DNA of 40,535 nt from NCBI GenBank assembly GCA_964420455.1, contig CAYQTO010000005.1:5528-46062 (forward strand), written 5' to 3'. The translations under genes and the position numbers were made by a program. How positions within the stretch are numbered: position 1 is the stretch's first letter; each line of letters starts with the position of its first letter. This document shows, in pieces, positions 1 through 8,692 of the stretch. The notes under the pieces are model-generated. The model saw only the letters and a program-made list of their open reading frames with translations. It was not told the origin of the DNA and searched no databases. Source of the stretch: an uncultured Candidatus Sumerlaeota bacterium. GTDB lineage: Bacteria > Sumerlaeota > Sumerlaeia > SLMS01.

Positions 1-982
1 GCTCCCGCAGGTCCCCATCGTCCCTCACCGAGGCCAGCTTCACCGCGAAGGCCCCCGGGTTCGTCGGCTCCACGAGGATCCCCGTCCGTCCGTCGCGGAT
101 GATCTCCGGCGTGCCCCCCGAACCGCCCCCCACCACGGCGCGTCCGTGCGCCATCGCCTCCAGAAAGACGATCCCGAACCCCTCCTTCAGGCTGGGCATG
201 AGGAAAATCTGGCACGAGGCGTACTCGCGTTGCAGGTCCTCGTCGGGGACGGCTCCGAGGAAGGCGACGCGGTCGCCAATCCCGAGGCGCTCCGCCTGCG
301 TGCGAAAGGGCTCGGCATCGCCGGGACCAACGATCCGAAACTGCCACCCGGGACGATCCGGGGCGAGCCGGGCAAAAGCCTCCAGCGCGGAATGCAGGTG
401 TTTTTCCCGGTCTTCCGTATTCAGTCTGCCGACGAAGAGGAGGCGGGGCGGCGAGCCTTCCTCGGCACGGGCCCCCTCGGTGATCCCGGGATCGAGCGCG
501 GGATACAGAACCTGGACGCGGGAGCGGCGCAGGCGGCTGAAGCGGGCGGCCTGGCGCGCCGTGTCGCGGCTCGAGGCGGTGACCAGTGCGGCACCCTCCA
601 GCGCCCTTTGCCGCAACCCCGGGAGCGGGTGCCAAACCTCGATGCCGTGCAGATGCACGCCGTAGCGCAGGCCGGGGCGAAGGAGCCGGAGGGCCGCCGC
701 AGCCGGCGCCAGGAACAGGTGATTCGTATAGACAGCTCCCGAGCGCAGGACCGCCGGCGCGGCACGCCGCAGCAGGCCCGGGCGACTCCCCCCCGCACCT
801 GTATAGACGAGCCGTTCGCCCCCATGCGCGATCTCGCCTGGGCCCGCGCGATCCACCAACGAGAATGCCCTCCACTGGAGGCCCCTCTTCTCCGCCCAAC
901 GGCCCAGGGCCCACAACTGCTGGCGCGCCAGCCGCTGCACCCCACCGTGGCCCTCCAGCTGCGTGAACAAGGCGGTGATCAT
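1..982 (-). CDS. GT4 glycosyltransferase, 3'-truncated by the window edge (absent from ORF track)
   Basis: Hand translation: ATG at 982 overlaps the previous stop (ATGA) and gives MITALFTQLEGHGGVQRLARQ...; the C-terminal part reads FLMPSLKEGFGIVFLEAMAHGRAVVGGGSGGTPEIIRDGRTGILV, with the GT4 E-x7-E motif. Confidence 0.9.
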   Translation of the reverse strand, partial: MITALFTQLEGHGGVQRLARQQLWALGRWAEKRGLQWRAFSLVDRAGPGEIAHGGERLVYTGAGGSRPGLLRRAAPAVLRSGAVYTNHLFLAPAAAALRLLRPGLRYGVHLHGIEVWHPLPGLRQRALEGAALVTASSRDTARQAARFSRLRRSRVQVLYPALDPGITEGARAEEGSPPRLLFVGRLNTEDREKHLHSALEAFARLAPDRPGWQFRIVGPGDAEPFRTQAERLGIGDRVAFLGAVPDEDLQREYASCQIFLMPSLKEGFGIVFLEAMAHGRAVVGGGSGGTPEIIRDGRTGILVEPTNPGAFAVKLASVRDDGDLRE

Positions 983-2169
983 GCCCGCAACTCCACGTCG
1001 CCGCATCCCAGATAGCGCAACGCCATCGCCAACCCCCGGGTCGCCGTCCGGTAGGAGTAGCCATCGATGATCCGGCGGGAGGCCTCGCCGAATGCGCGCC
1101 GTCGCGCCGTGCTCCTCAGCAGGCGCCGCAGCCCCACCGCCAGCCCCTCCACGTCGCCACAGGCATGGCGGTACCCGTTGCGCCCCGGATGCACGAGGTC
1201 ATGTGCCGCCCCCACGTAGGAGGATGCCACCACCGGGAGGCCCGCGCACATCGCCTCGTTGAGGACCAGCCCCCAGGTCTCGAAGAAGCTGGGAAGGGCG
1301 AGCACCTCGCCTGCTGCGTAGACCTTCGGCATCTGGGACTGGTTCTGGAATCCGCCAAAGGCGACCGGCAGATCCCCCGCCCGACGGCGCAGTTCCTCCT
1401 CGAGCTCGCCCGTTCCCACATAAAGCAGGGTCGACCGGGGGACGTTTGCCCGACGGAACGCCTCAAGGAGATCCAGAGGGCGCTTGCGCGGCACCAGCTT
1501 GCCGACGAACAGAACCACCCGGCGGTCGTCGCCGATCCCGAGGGACCGGCGCCAGGCCCGGGCCTCCTCACGGGCCTCGTCCGCCGCCGCCCGAAACCGC
1601 TCATTCTCCACGGAATGTGGAGAAAAAAAGATCCGGTGCTCCGGAACGCCGTGCAGGCGAAAGTAGTCGTGGTTTGCCTTTCCGACGGAGAGGACGGCGT
1701 CGAACCGACCGAAGACGCGGGCGATGGCGAACCGGCGGAACGATTCCTTGAGCCCGGCGCGCGGCTCCAGCCGGTGCGAGTCGCCCCGAAAGAGCAGCGG
1801 CGCCGGCCGCCCCATCAGCTGCCAATGCGCGAGGAAGCGGAAAACCGCCTCGTTGTTGTAGGTCATCAGGAGCACCGCGTCCGGGCGCCAACGAGCGACG
1901 CGCCGCGCGAGCTCCGGGTTGCGCAACCCGCGAAAGGACGCCGTTGTCGGCCGTGGCGAAACGTTGGGCACAAATTCGTGATCATATCCGCCCAGCAGCG
2001 GGATGTCCCACTCGAGCTTCTGCCCGAACTCCCGGTCATGGGTATCCTTGATGCCGAAGTCCCAGAGATAGAACACCCGCAGCTCGAGACCGGTGTTTTC
2101 CGTGATCCATCGAAACCATGGCGCGTAGTACTGGATCGGGTGGGTGGAGATGATGGCGAGGCGTGTCAT
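979..2169 (-). CDS. GT4 glycosyltransferase (396 aa)
   Basis: C-terminal part of ORF 979..3411. Start MTRLAIISTHPIQYY at ATG 2169 (ATGA overlap with upstream stop); motifs LFVGKLVPRKRP and ETWGLVLNEAMCAGLPVV. Confidence 0.92.
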   Translation of the reverse strand: MTRLAIISTHPIQYYAPWFRWITENTGLELRVFYLWDFGIKDTHDREFGQKLEWDIPLLGGYDHEFVPNVSPRPTTASFRGLRNPELARRVARWRPDAVLLMTYNNEAVFRFLAHWQLMGRPAPLLFRGDSHRLEPRAGLKESFRRFAIARVFGRFDAVLSVGKANHDYFRLHGVPEHRIFFSPHSVENERFRAAADEAREEARAWRRSLGIGDDRRVVLFVGKLVPRKRPLDLLEAFRRANVPRSTLLYVGTGELEEELRRRAGDLPVAFGGFQNQSQMPKVYAAGEVLALPSFFETWGLVLNEAMCAGLPVVASSYVGAAHDLVHPGRNGYRHACGDVEGLAVGLRRLLRSTARRRAFGEASRRIIDGYSYRTATRGLAMALRYLGCGDVELRA

Positions 2170-3743
2170 CTCAGGACCGGCGCCATGGTGGTGGACGCAG
2201 GTGGGGGCAGTTCCTCGTCGGCCCCGGGCCCGGTCTCGTGGGCGGCCCGAATATGCTCGAGCTCCTCCCTGCTGGTTCGCCGTGTCAGGACAAAGACCAC
2301 CCCGCTTAGAACGAGGAGCGACTGCCAAAGGGTCGTCGCCACGATCCCAAGCGAGTTCTGCGTCATCGTGACTCCCGCGATAAGAAAGATCACGCCAACG
2401 AAGAAGCGGTAGGATCCCAGCGGGACGCCCATCGACAGTCGCGTGATCCAGCCGAGTCCAACACCGAGCAGGAGGCCGAGCGCGACCGCTCCGGCGTAGC
2501 CAAAGTTGACGTAGAATTCCGCCAGAAGACCCCAGGCGATATACGTGTGCTCCGTGCTGTCGAGGTCCTGGCGCCCGAGGTGCGTGTTCATGATGATCTG
2601 GCCAAGGTGCGTGCGGGGCTTGTCCGGCCAGAGGATGCGCGGTATCAGGAGCTGGGGAACGATATAGACAGTCCTTCCCTCGAGGTGGGGCACGTAGTCG
2701 GGCACGCGCTGCTGGGCGTAGATCAGCATGTGGACGAGACTCGTCCGGCCAAACACATTGTCCTGGTCCTCGAGGATGATCTCGCGCCGCGCGCCGGTGT
2801 AGGCGTCCACGCCCTTCTCCAGCCACTCCGCGTAGAAGGACGGATAGCTCGCCACCGGAATTGCCGCCACCGTCCCATAGTAGCGGTCCCAGTACTTGTC
2901 CCGCATCTCCTCCTTTCCCACGTGGAGGAGATTCAGCAGGAGACCGACAATAAGGAGCGTGCGGATGGGCAGCTTGCCGCTCCCCAGCGCCAGACCACCC
3001 ATCGTGGCCGCAAGGAAGGCGATGCTGCTCGCCAGGATCAGTCCCGAGATCTGGACCATCACGTAGAGCGCCGCAAAGGCGATATACACGGCCAACTGGA
3101 AGGGTCTCAGCAGGCCACGCCCCAGCGACAAGGCCAGCATGAAGGTGCTGATCAAAGCACCGGTAATGAACAACGTCCGGAGGATCGACATGGTGCCCGG
3201 GGGAAGAAGCCGAGCGTAGGGCCGGTACCAGCCGGAGGTCGCCGCGATGAAGTGCAGTGTCCCCATGATGAGGACCGCCAGCCAGACCGTGGTGAGGCCC
3301 TCGCTCCCGAGGCGTTCCACCGGCAACAGACGGGTGAATCCGGGGAATTCCTCCTGCCGCTTCGACGCCAGGGCGTAATACGCCGCGACCAGCACCAGCA
3401 GAAACAGGCACTCCGTCAGGCCCGCCCGCAGGATCTCCTCCGGCGTATAGATCACGATCTCCGGATGGTTTGAGTAAATCGGCAGGGCAAACCAGAAAAA
3501 CTCGCCCAGGGCCACAAGAGGCACGATCGGCAACCCGTAAACCCGTCGCTGGGCGTAGAGGTAGGACGGGAGCAGCGCCAGGACCGTGATCAGCGTCGCC
3601 ACCCCCGCCAGCTCCGCCCGCGGCTGCGCATACATGAAAAAGATAATCGCCCCGATCCCCGCCACCAGCAGCAGGAATGACCGCCGCAGGAACTCCTGGA
3701 AGGAGTCCACGATTTCATCGATGGTCAGCAAAAAGGGGGTCAT
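2166..3743 (-). CDS. Polytopic membrane protein, putative Wzy-like polysaccharide polymerase
   Basis: 525 aa with about 10-12 hydrophobic segments and a large loop (IPRILWPDKP, AEFYVNFGYAG) typical of Wzy-like proteins; translationally coupled to GTs. Confidence 0.65.
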   Translation of the reverse strand: MTPFLLTIDEIVDSFQEFLRRSFLLLVAGIGAIIFFMYAQPRAELAGVATLITVLALLPSYLYAQRRVYGLPIVPLVALGEFFWFALPIYSNHPEIVIYTPEEILRAGLTECLFLLVLVAAYYALASKRQEEFPGFTRLLPVERLGSEGLTTVWLAVLIMGTLHFIAATSGWYRPYARLLPPGTMSILRTLFITGALISTFMLALSLGRGLLRPFQLAVYIAFAALYVMVQISGLILASSIAFLAATMGGLALGSGKLPIRTLLIVGLLLNLLHVGKEEMRDKYWDRYYGTVAAIPVASYPSFYAEWLEKGVDAYTGARREIILEDQDNVFGRTSLVHMLIYAQQRVPDYVPHLEGRTVYIVPQLLIPRILWPDKPRTHLGQIIMNTHLGRQDLDSTEHTYIAWGLLAEFYVNFGYAGAVALGLLLGVGLGWITRLSMGVPLGSYRFFVGVIFLIAGVTMTQNSLGIVATTLWQSLLVLSGVVFVLTRRTSREELEHIRAAHETGPGADEELPPPASTTMAPVLR

Positions 3744-3903
3744 GGGAACCGTTAGCCAACTGGTAGAGGAAGGGTAACGGAAGCAGCGCCGAGCGCGTCA
3801 ACTCCGTGCACGGCGACTCGCGGAAAAACCTTCCCGTTGTGCTCGTAACGGTTGCTGGCGACGTTCCCACCCTTCCGATCCCATTCCGGCCGGTTGCCTC
3901 CCG

Positions 3904-5160
3904 ATGCCCCCACGCATCCTGATCCTCATCGGTGCCCACCTGTCGACGGCCCCACGCCCGGTCAAGGAGGCGACGGCCCTCGCCGCCGCCGGCTTCGATG
4001 TGGAGGTCCTCGGTTTTTGGTTCGACCGGGACTTGGTCGCCCGCGACCGGGAACTGCTCGACACCCTTCCCTGGCGCTTTCGCCCGGTGGTGGATCTGAC
4101 CCGCGGGGGCGCCCGCGCCGGCCTGCGCCACAACTTTCTGCGCGTCCGTCGAAAGCTCGCCGACCTCGCCTTCGCCCGCACCGGATGGGCCCACCCGGCG
4201 CTCCTGTCCTACGTCGCCCCGGAGTTCCTCGGTGCCACCCGGCGCACACCCGCCGACCTTACCATCGTCCACATGGAGGCGGGCCTCTGGGCCGGCTGTC
4301 GTCTCCTTGAGGAAGGCCGCCGCGTCGGCGTGGATTTCGAGGATTGGTTCTCCCGCGACCTGCCGGAGGCCGTGCGCCGCACGCGCCCCGTCGCCCAACT
4401 CGACCGCTGGGAACGTACCCTCGCCGCCCGCTGCCCCTACGCCCTCGCAACATCCGCCGCGATGGCCAACGCCATGGCCGCCGACTGGGATGTACCGCCC
4501 CCCACCGCCGTCTATAACACATTCCCGGCCCTCGACTTCCATCCGCGCACCGTCGATCCGGTCGACCGTACCGACTGCGAGACCCCCTCGCTCCACTGGT
4601 ACTCGCAGACCATCGGCCCCGGCCGCGGGCTCGAGGATCTCTTTGCCGCCCTCCGCCGCGTGGCTCCGCCTTTCCAACTGCACCTGCGCGGCGCCCTCCC
4701 GCCCGCCGGCCGATCGTGGCTCGACAACCACCTCGGCGGCGACCTCCGTCCCCGCGTCCATCTCCACTCCACCGTTTCCCCGGCGGAACTCCCCCGGCGC
4801 ATCGCCGAACACGATATCGGCCTCGCCCTCGAGACCAACGCGATCCCCAGCCGCGACCTCACCATCACCAACAAGTTCTTCCAGTATCTCCAGTCCGGGC
4901 TGGCGGTCGTGGCGACGGGCACCTCCGGCCAGCGCGAGGCCCTCGCCCTTGCGCCGGAAGCCGGAATCGCCCTTCCCTCCGGCGATGTGGATGCCCTCGC
5001 CAACGCCCTTTCCGCCCTGCTGGGCGACTGCGGGCGCCTTCACGCCATGAAGCGCGCCGCCCTCGCCGCCCACCGCGACCACTTCGCCTGGGAGCGCCAG
5101 GCCCCCCGCATCGTTGCCCTCGCCGAGAAGGCCCTTTCCACGGAGGCTCCCCGCAGGTGA
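3904..5160 (+). CDS. GT4-type glycosyltransferase (418 aa)
   Basis: GT-B pattern: PRPVKEA..., GPGRGLEDL, HDIGLALE...TNKFFQYLQSGLAVV. Confidence 0.85.
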   Translation: MPPRILILIGAHLSTAPRPVKEATALAAAGFDVEVLGFWFDRDLVARDRELLDTLPWRFRPVVDLTRGGARAGLRHNFLRVRRKLADLAFARTGWAHPALLSYVAPEFLGATRRTPADLTIVHMEAGLWAGCRLLEEGRRVGVDFEDWFSRDLPEAVRRTRPVAQLDRWERTLAARCPYALATSAAMANAMAADWDVPPPTAVYNTFPALDFHPRTVDPVDRTDCETPSLHWYSQTIGPGRGLEDLFAALRRVAPPFQLHLRGALPPAGRSWLDNHLGGDLRPRVHLHSTVSPAELPRRIAEHDIGLALETNAIPSRDLTITNKFFQYLQSGLAVVATGTSGQREALALAPEAGIALPSGDVDALANALSALLGDCGRLHAMKRAALAAHRDHFAWERQAPRIVALAEKALSTEAPRR

Positions 5161-6203
5161 ACTCACCGCTCCGCATTCTTCTCACCGCCGACCCGGAACT
5201 CCCGGTGCCTCCGCGTCTATACGGCGGGATCGAACGCATCATCGACCTCCTCGTCCGCGCCTACCGCGACCGCGGCCATGTGGTCGGACTTGTTGCCCAC
5301 GCTGATTCCACAACGCCCGCCGACTCCCTGTTTCCGTGGCCGGGTCGCGCCAGCCAAAGCGCCCTGGACATTCCGCGCAATGCCTGGGCGCTCCACCGCG
5401 CGGTGGCCCGTTTCCGTCCGGACATCGTCCACAGTTTCTCCCGCCTGCTGTACCTCTACCCGTTGCTGGCGGGGTCGCGGCCGTTGGTCATGTCGTACCA
5501 GCGCGAGCCCGGCTCCCGAAACGTCGCGCGCATCTGTGCCTTGGATCTTCGCCGCCGCCTCAGCTTCACCGGCTGCAGCGGCTACATTGCGAAAAACGGG
5601 AGGCGCGGCGGCGGACGATGGGACGCCGTCCACAACTGCATCGACCCGAGCGTCTATACGCCCGTGGAGGAAGTCCCAGCGGACGCCCCCCTCGCCTTCC
5701 TCAGCCGGATCGAGCAGATCAAGGGAACGCACCTGGCGATCGAGGCGGCCCGTCGCTCCGGGCGCCGGCTCGTCATCGCCGGCAATCATGGGGAGGACGG
5801 CGAGGCGGGCCGCTACTGGCGCGAGCGCATCGAGCCCGAGATCGGCCGCGACGGCATCGAGTACATCGGGCCCGTCGACGACCGGCAGAAAAACGCCCTC
5901 CTCGGGGCCGCCGCCGCCCTCGTCGTCCCCATCCAGTGGAACGAGCCGTTTGGCATCGTGTTCATCGAGGCGCTGGCGGCCGGAACCCCGGTGATTTCGT
6001 GCCCCCGCGGTGCCCTTCCGGAAATCGTCGAGGAGGGCGTCCACGGTTTCCTCCCGGAGGACCTCGACGGGGTGGTTGCGGCGATCGGACGCATTGGAAC
6101 GATCGACCGGCGCGCCTGTCGCCGCCGGGCCGAGACCGCCTTCAGCGCCGATGCCATCGCCGATCGCTACCTCGCCCTCTATCGCGGGCGCCTCGGCACA
6201 TGA
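5157..6203 (+). CDS. GT4 glycosyltransferase (348 aa)
   Basis: GTG at 5157 (GTGA overlap); PVPPRLYGGIERI, FLSRIEQIKG, EPFGIVFIEALAAGTPVI. Confidence 0.92.
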   Translation: MNSPLRILLTADPELPVPPRLYGGIERIIDLLVRAYRDRGHVVGLVAHADSTTPADSLFPWPGRASQSALDIPRNAWALHRAVARFRPDIVHSFSRLLYLYPLLAGSRPLVMSYQREPGSRNVARICALDLRRRLSFTGCSGYIAKNGRRGGGRWDAVHNCIDPSVYTPVEEVPADAPLAFLSRIEQIKGTHLAIEAARRSGRRLVIAGNHGEDGEAGRYWRERIEPEIGRDGIEYIGPVDDRQKNALLGAAAALVVPIQWNEPFGIVFIEALAAGTPVISCPRGALPEIVEEGVHGFLPEDLDGVVAAIGRIGTIDRRACRRRAETAFSADAIADRYLALYRGRLGT

Positions 6204-7513
6204 CCCCGCCCCGCCGCGTCCTCATTGTGTGCCCGCGGTTTCCCCCCACCAACGCCGCCGACATGCACCGTGTCCGTACCAGCCTTCCCCACTTTCGCGA
6301 CCACGGTTGGGAGCCTGTCGTCCTCGCGGCCAATCCCAAGCACACGGAGCACGGCGAGGATCCCCTTCTTCTCGAGACCCTCCCGCACGACGCGGAGATT
6401 CATCGTATAGACGAATCCCCGCCCCTGCACGCACGGCTCCTTGGCGTCAACAGCATCGCCGTCCGCCTCCACGACTCGCTCCACATCGCCGCCCGCTCGC
6501 TGCTTTCCGCCCGGACCTTCGACCTCGTCTACTTCTCCACCACCGTCTTCGGTGTCATGCCCCTTGGCGTCCGGTGGAAGCGCGCCTTTGGTGTGCCCTT
6601 CGTGCTCGACTTCCAGGATCCGTGGGCGAACCGGTACTACTTCGAGACGGGCGTCCGCCCGCCTGGCGGCTGGTGGAAATTCCGCCTTGTCTATGCGCAG
6701 GCTCGACGACTCGAGGCCCGCACGGTCCCCCATGCCAGCGGCCTTGTCGCCGTCAGCCGCTGGTACCTCGACGACCTCCACGCCCGATTCCCCGCCACCG
6801 CGCGGGTTCCTTCCGCGGTCATTCCCTTCGGGGTGTCCGCTCGCGACTTCGAGGTCCCTGCCCGCGCCGGCATTCGTCATGATGTCTTCCCTCCCGACGC
6901 CGACCACCGCTGGGTCTACGTCGGCCGCGGCGGCGAGGACATGCACCGCGCCCTCGGTTTGCTTTTCGGCGCCTTGGCGGACCTCCGTGGCGAGGCGTCG
7001 CTCCCCACGCCCCGTCTCCATTTCGTCGGGACCAGCTATGCCTCCGGCGGCCGCGAGGCAAAGTCCGTCGAGCCCGTCGCCACGCAAGCCGGGGTCGGCG
7101 ACCTCGTCGAGGAGAGGCCCCTGCGAATCCCCTACTTCGAGGCCATCAGCCTCATGCAGGAAGCGACCGTTCTGATGCTGGTCGGGTCCGACGACGAGCG
7201 ATACAACGCGAGCAAGCTGTACCCTGCGTTACTGGCACGCAGGCCGGTGCTTGCCTTTGTCCATGGAGGGTGCCCTGCGGCGGCGGCCGTCCGCGCGTGC
7301 GGGGCCGGTCGCGTGGTCCCCATCGAGGGCGATCCCGGGGAGGCCCGCGAGGCGGCCCGGGAGGCTGTCCGCTGGGCAATGGGGCTCTCCCGCGCCGATG
7401 TCCCGGCGCTGGATTTCCCGGGCCTGCCGCCCTGGACCGCGGAGGACCTGACCGCTGCCCAGTGCCGCCTTTTCGAGGACGCTGTGGCGCATCACGCCGC
7501 GGGGAGGAGCTGA
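6200..7513 (+). CDS. GT4-type glycosyltransferase (437 aa)
   Basis: ATG at 6200 (ATGA overlap); FPPTNAADMHRV, VLDFQDPW, SKLYPALLARRPVL. Confidence 0.85.
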   Translation: MTPPRRVLIVCPRFPPTNAADMHRVRTSLPHFRDHGWEPVVLAANPKHTEHGEDPLLLETLPHDAEIHRIDESPPLHARLLGVNSIAVRLHDSLHIAARSLLSARTFDLVYFSTTVFGVMPLGVRWKRAFGVPFVLDFQDPWANRYYFETGVRPPGGWWKFRLVYAQARRLEARTVPHASGLVAVSRWYLDDLHARFPATARVPSAVIPFGVSARDFEVPARAGIRHDVFPPDADHRWVYVGRGGEDMHRALGLLFGALADLRGEASLPTPRLHFVGTSYASGGREAKSVEPVATQAGVGDLVEERPLRIPYFEAISLMQEATVLMLVGSDDERYNASKLYPALLARRPVLAFVHGGCPAAAAVRACGAGRVVPIEGDPGEAREAAREAVRWAMGLSRADVPALDFPGLPPWTAEDLTAAQCRLFEDAVAHHAAGRS

Positions 7514-7540
7514 TCGATCCCGCCGTCGCCGTCTCCCGGC

Positions 7541-8692
7541 CTAGAAGCCGGCCGGTGTATACGTCGCGTTGACGCCGGTGCTGGCCGTGGCGCGGAAGAT
7601 GTTGCTGATGTCGTCGACGACCGCGCGCCAGCCGCTTGTATAGACGTAGATGCGATCGTTGTCGCGCAGGGCGAAGTCGCGCTCGCGGCGGGCCATGATT
7701 CTCCGCCCGTCCATGTAATAGGAGTCCACGACCCCGGACGGCCGGGGGCGGACCACCTCGATCCGTGAATGGGCCCGGTACCGAAGGCCGCCTACCTCCG
7801 TCAGCACCTGGTCCACCGTGCGAAGGCCGGGGCCGAGGAAGACGACCCGCGGGTTCTCGACCGATCCGTGAACCGAGACGGTACCTGCGGGCGGGATGTA
7901 GACCACGTCGTCCGGCAGCAGCGGAATGTTGTAGCTCAGGTCGCCGCCGAGGATGAACTCGTCGAGGGGGATGATGATCTCGCGGCGTTCCGCCGGGCCG
8001 TCCTCGCGGAAAGTCAGTTCCATCGGATCGTCGATTCGCGGGCGGGTTCCCTTGAGGATCTCCTCCACCGCTTTCGAGCGGTAGACCTTGAGGTATTGCG
8101 CCGGGGGAAGACCGTTGCGGGCTCCGAGCGTCAGGCCACCCGCCTTGAAGATCATCTCGAGCAAGGTGTCGTCGCGTTGGAGCGGATAACGCCCCGGCGT
8201 CGCCACCGTGCCCAACACGGTCACCTGGTTCGACTCAAACCGCTCGATGGTGACGATGGGCGTGGGGTTGCGAACGATGCTCGAGAGGGCGGCGGCCAGC
8301 TCGCGCTCGAGCTGGCGCGGCGTCTTGTCGTGCACCCGGATCGCCCCCACATGCGGCAGCACGAGCATCGGATTCTCGGTGATGGTGAACCGGTTGCCGG
8401 GGGTTTCCGGGTCCTGTCCCGGGGAGAAAAGCTCCGGCCTGTCGAGCACCGCGATGGAGATCTCGTCGCCGGGACCAAGGAGGTAATTCTCGCTCGTGAA
8501 CTGGGGCTCGAGCGCCATGAGTGCGTCCCAATCGGTCGGAGTCCCCAAGGCCTCCACATCGAGCGGTGGCGGGATGTAATCGCTCCGCTGGCTCCGGGGT
8601 CCATACACGCATCCCGTCGTGCCCATCAGCACAAGGCAGATGAACACCAGTGCTTGGGAAAGTCGCAGGGGCGTTGCCGGTCGTGGGATCAT
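7541..8692 (-). CDS. wza: Polysaccharide export outer-membrane lipoprotein (Wza/OPX family, 383 aa)
   Basis: ATG 8692 overlaps the wzc stop; lipobox-like MGTTGC; poly-export motif YLLGPGDEISI...LPHVGAIRV; SLBB repeats VTVLGTVATPGRY and VSVHGSVENP. Confidence 0.88.
   Translation of the reverse strand: MIPRPATPLRLSQALVFICLVLMGTTGCVYGPRSQRSDYIPPPLDVEALGTPTDWDALMALEPQFTSENYLLGPGDEISIAVLDRPELFSPGQDPETPGNRFTITENPMLVLPHVGAIRVHDKTPRQLERELAAALSSIVRNPTPIVTIERFESNQVTVLGTVATPGRYPLQRDDTLLEMIFKAGGLTLGARNGLPPAQYLKVYRSKAVEEILKGTRPRIDDPMELTFREDGPAERREIIIPLDEFILGGDLSYNIPLLPDDVVYIPPAGTVSVHGSVENPRVVFLGPGLRTVDQVLTEVGGLRYRAHSRIEVVRPRPSGVVDSYYMDGRRIMARRERDFALRDNDRIYVYTSGWRAVVDDISNIFRATASTGVNATYTPAGF

Noticed and set aside
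2170-3411. Long N-terminal extension of ORF 979..3411 (likewise in 4716..6203, 5336..7513, 7541..9502, 18043..20526, 20590..22881, 34326..36743)
   Set aside because: The extensions overlap neighbouring real genes; true starts are at stop/start overlaps or RBS-supported codons, so these are not fusions.
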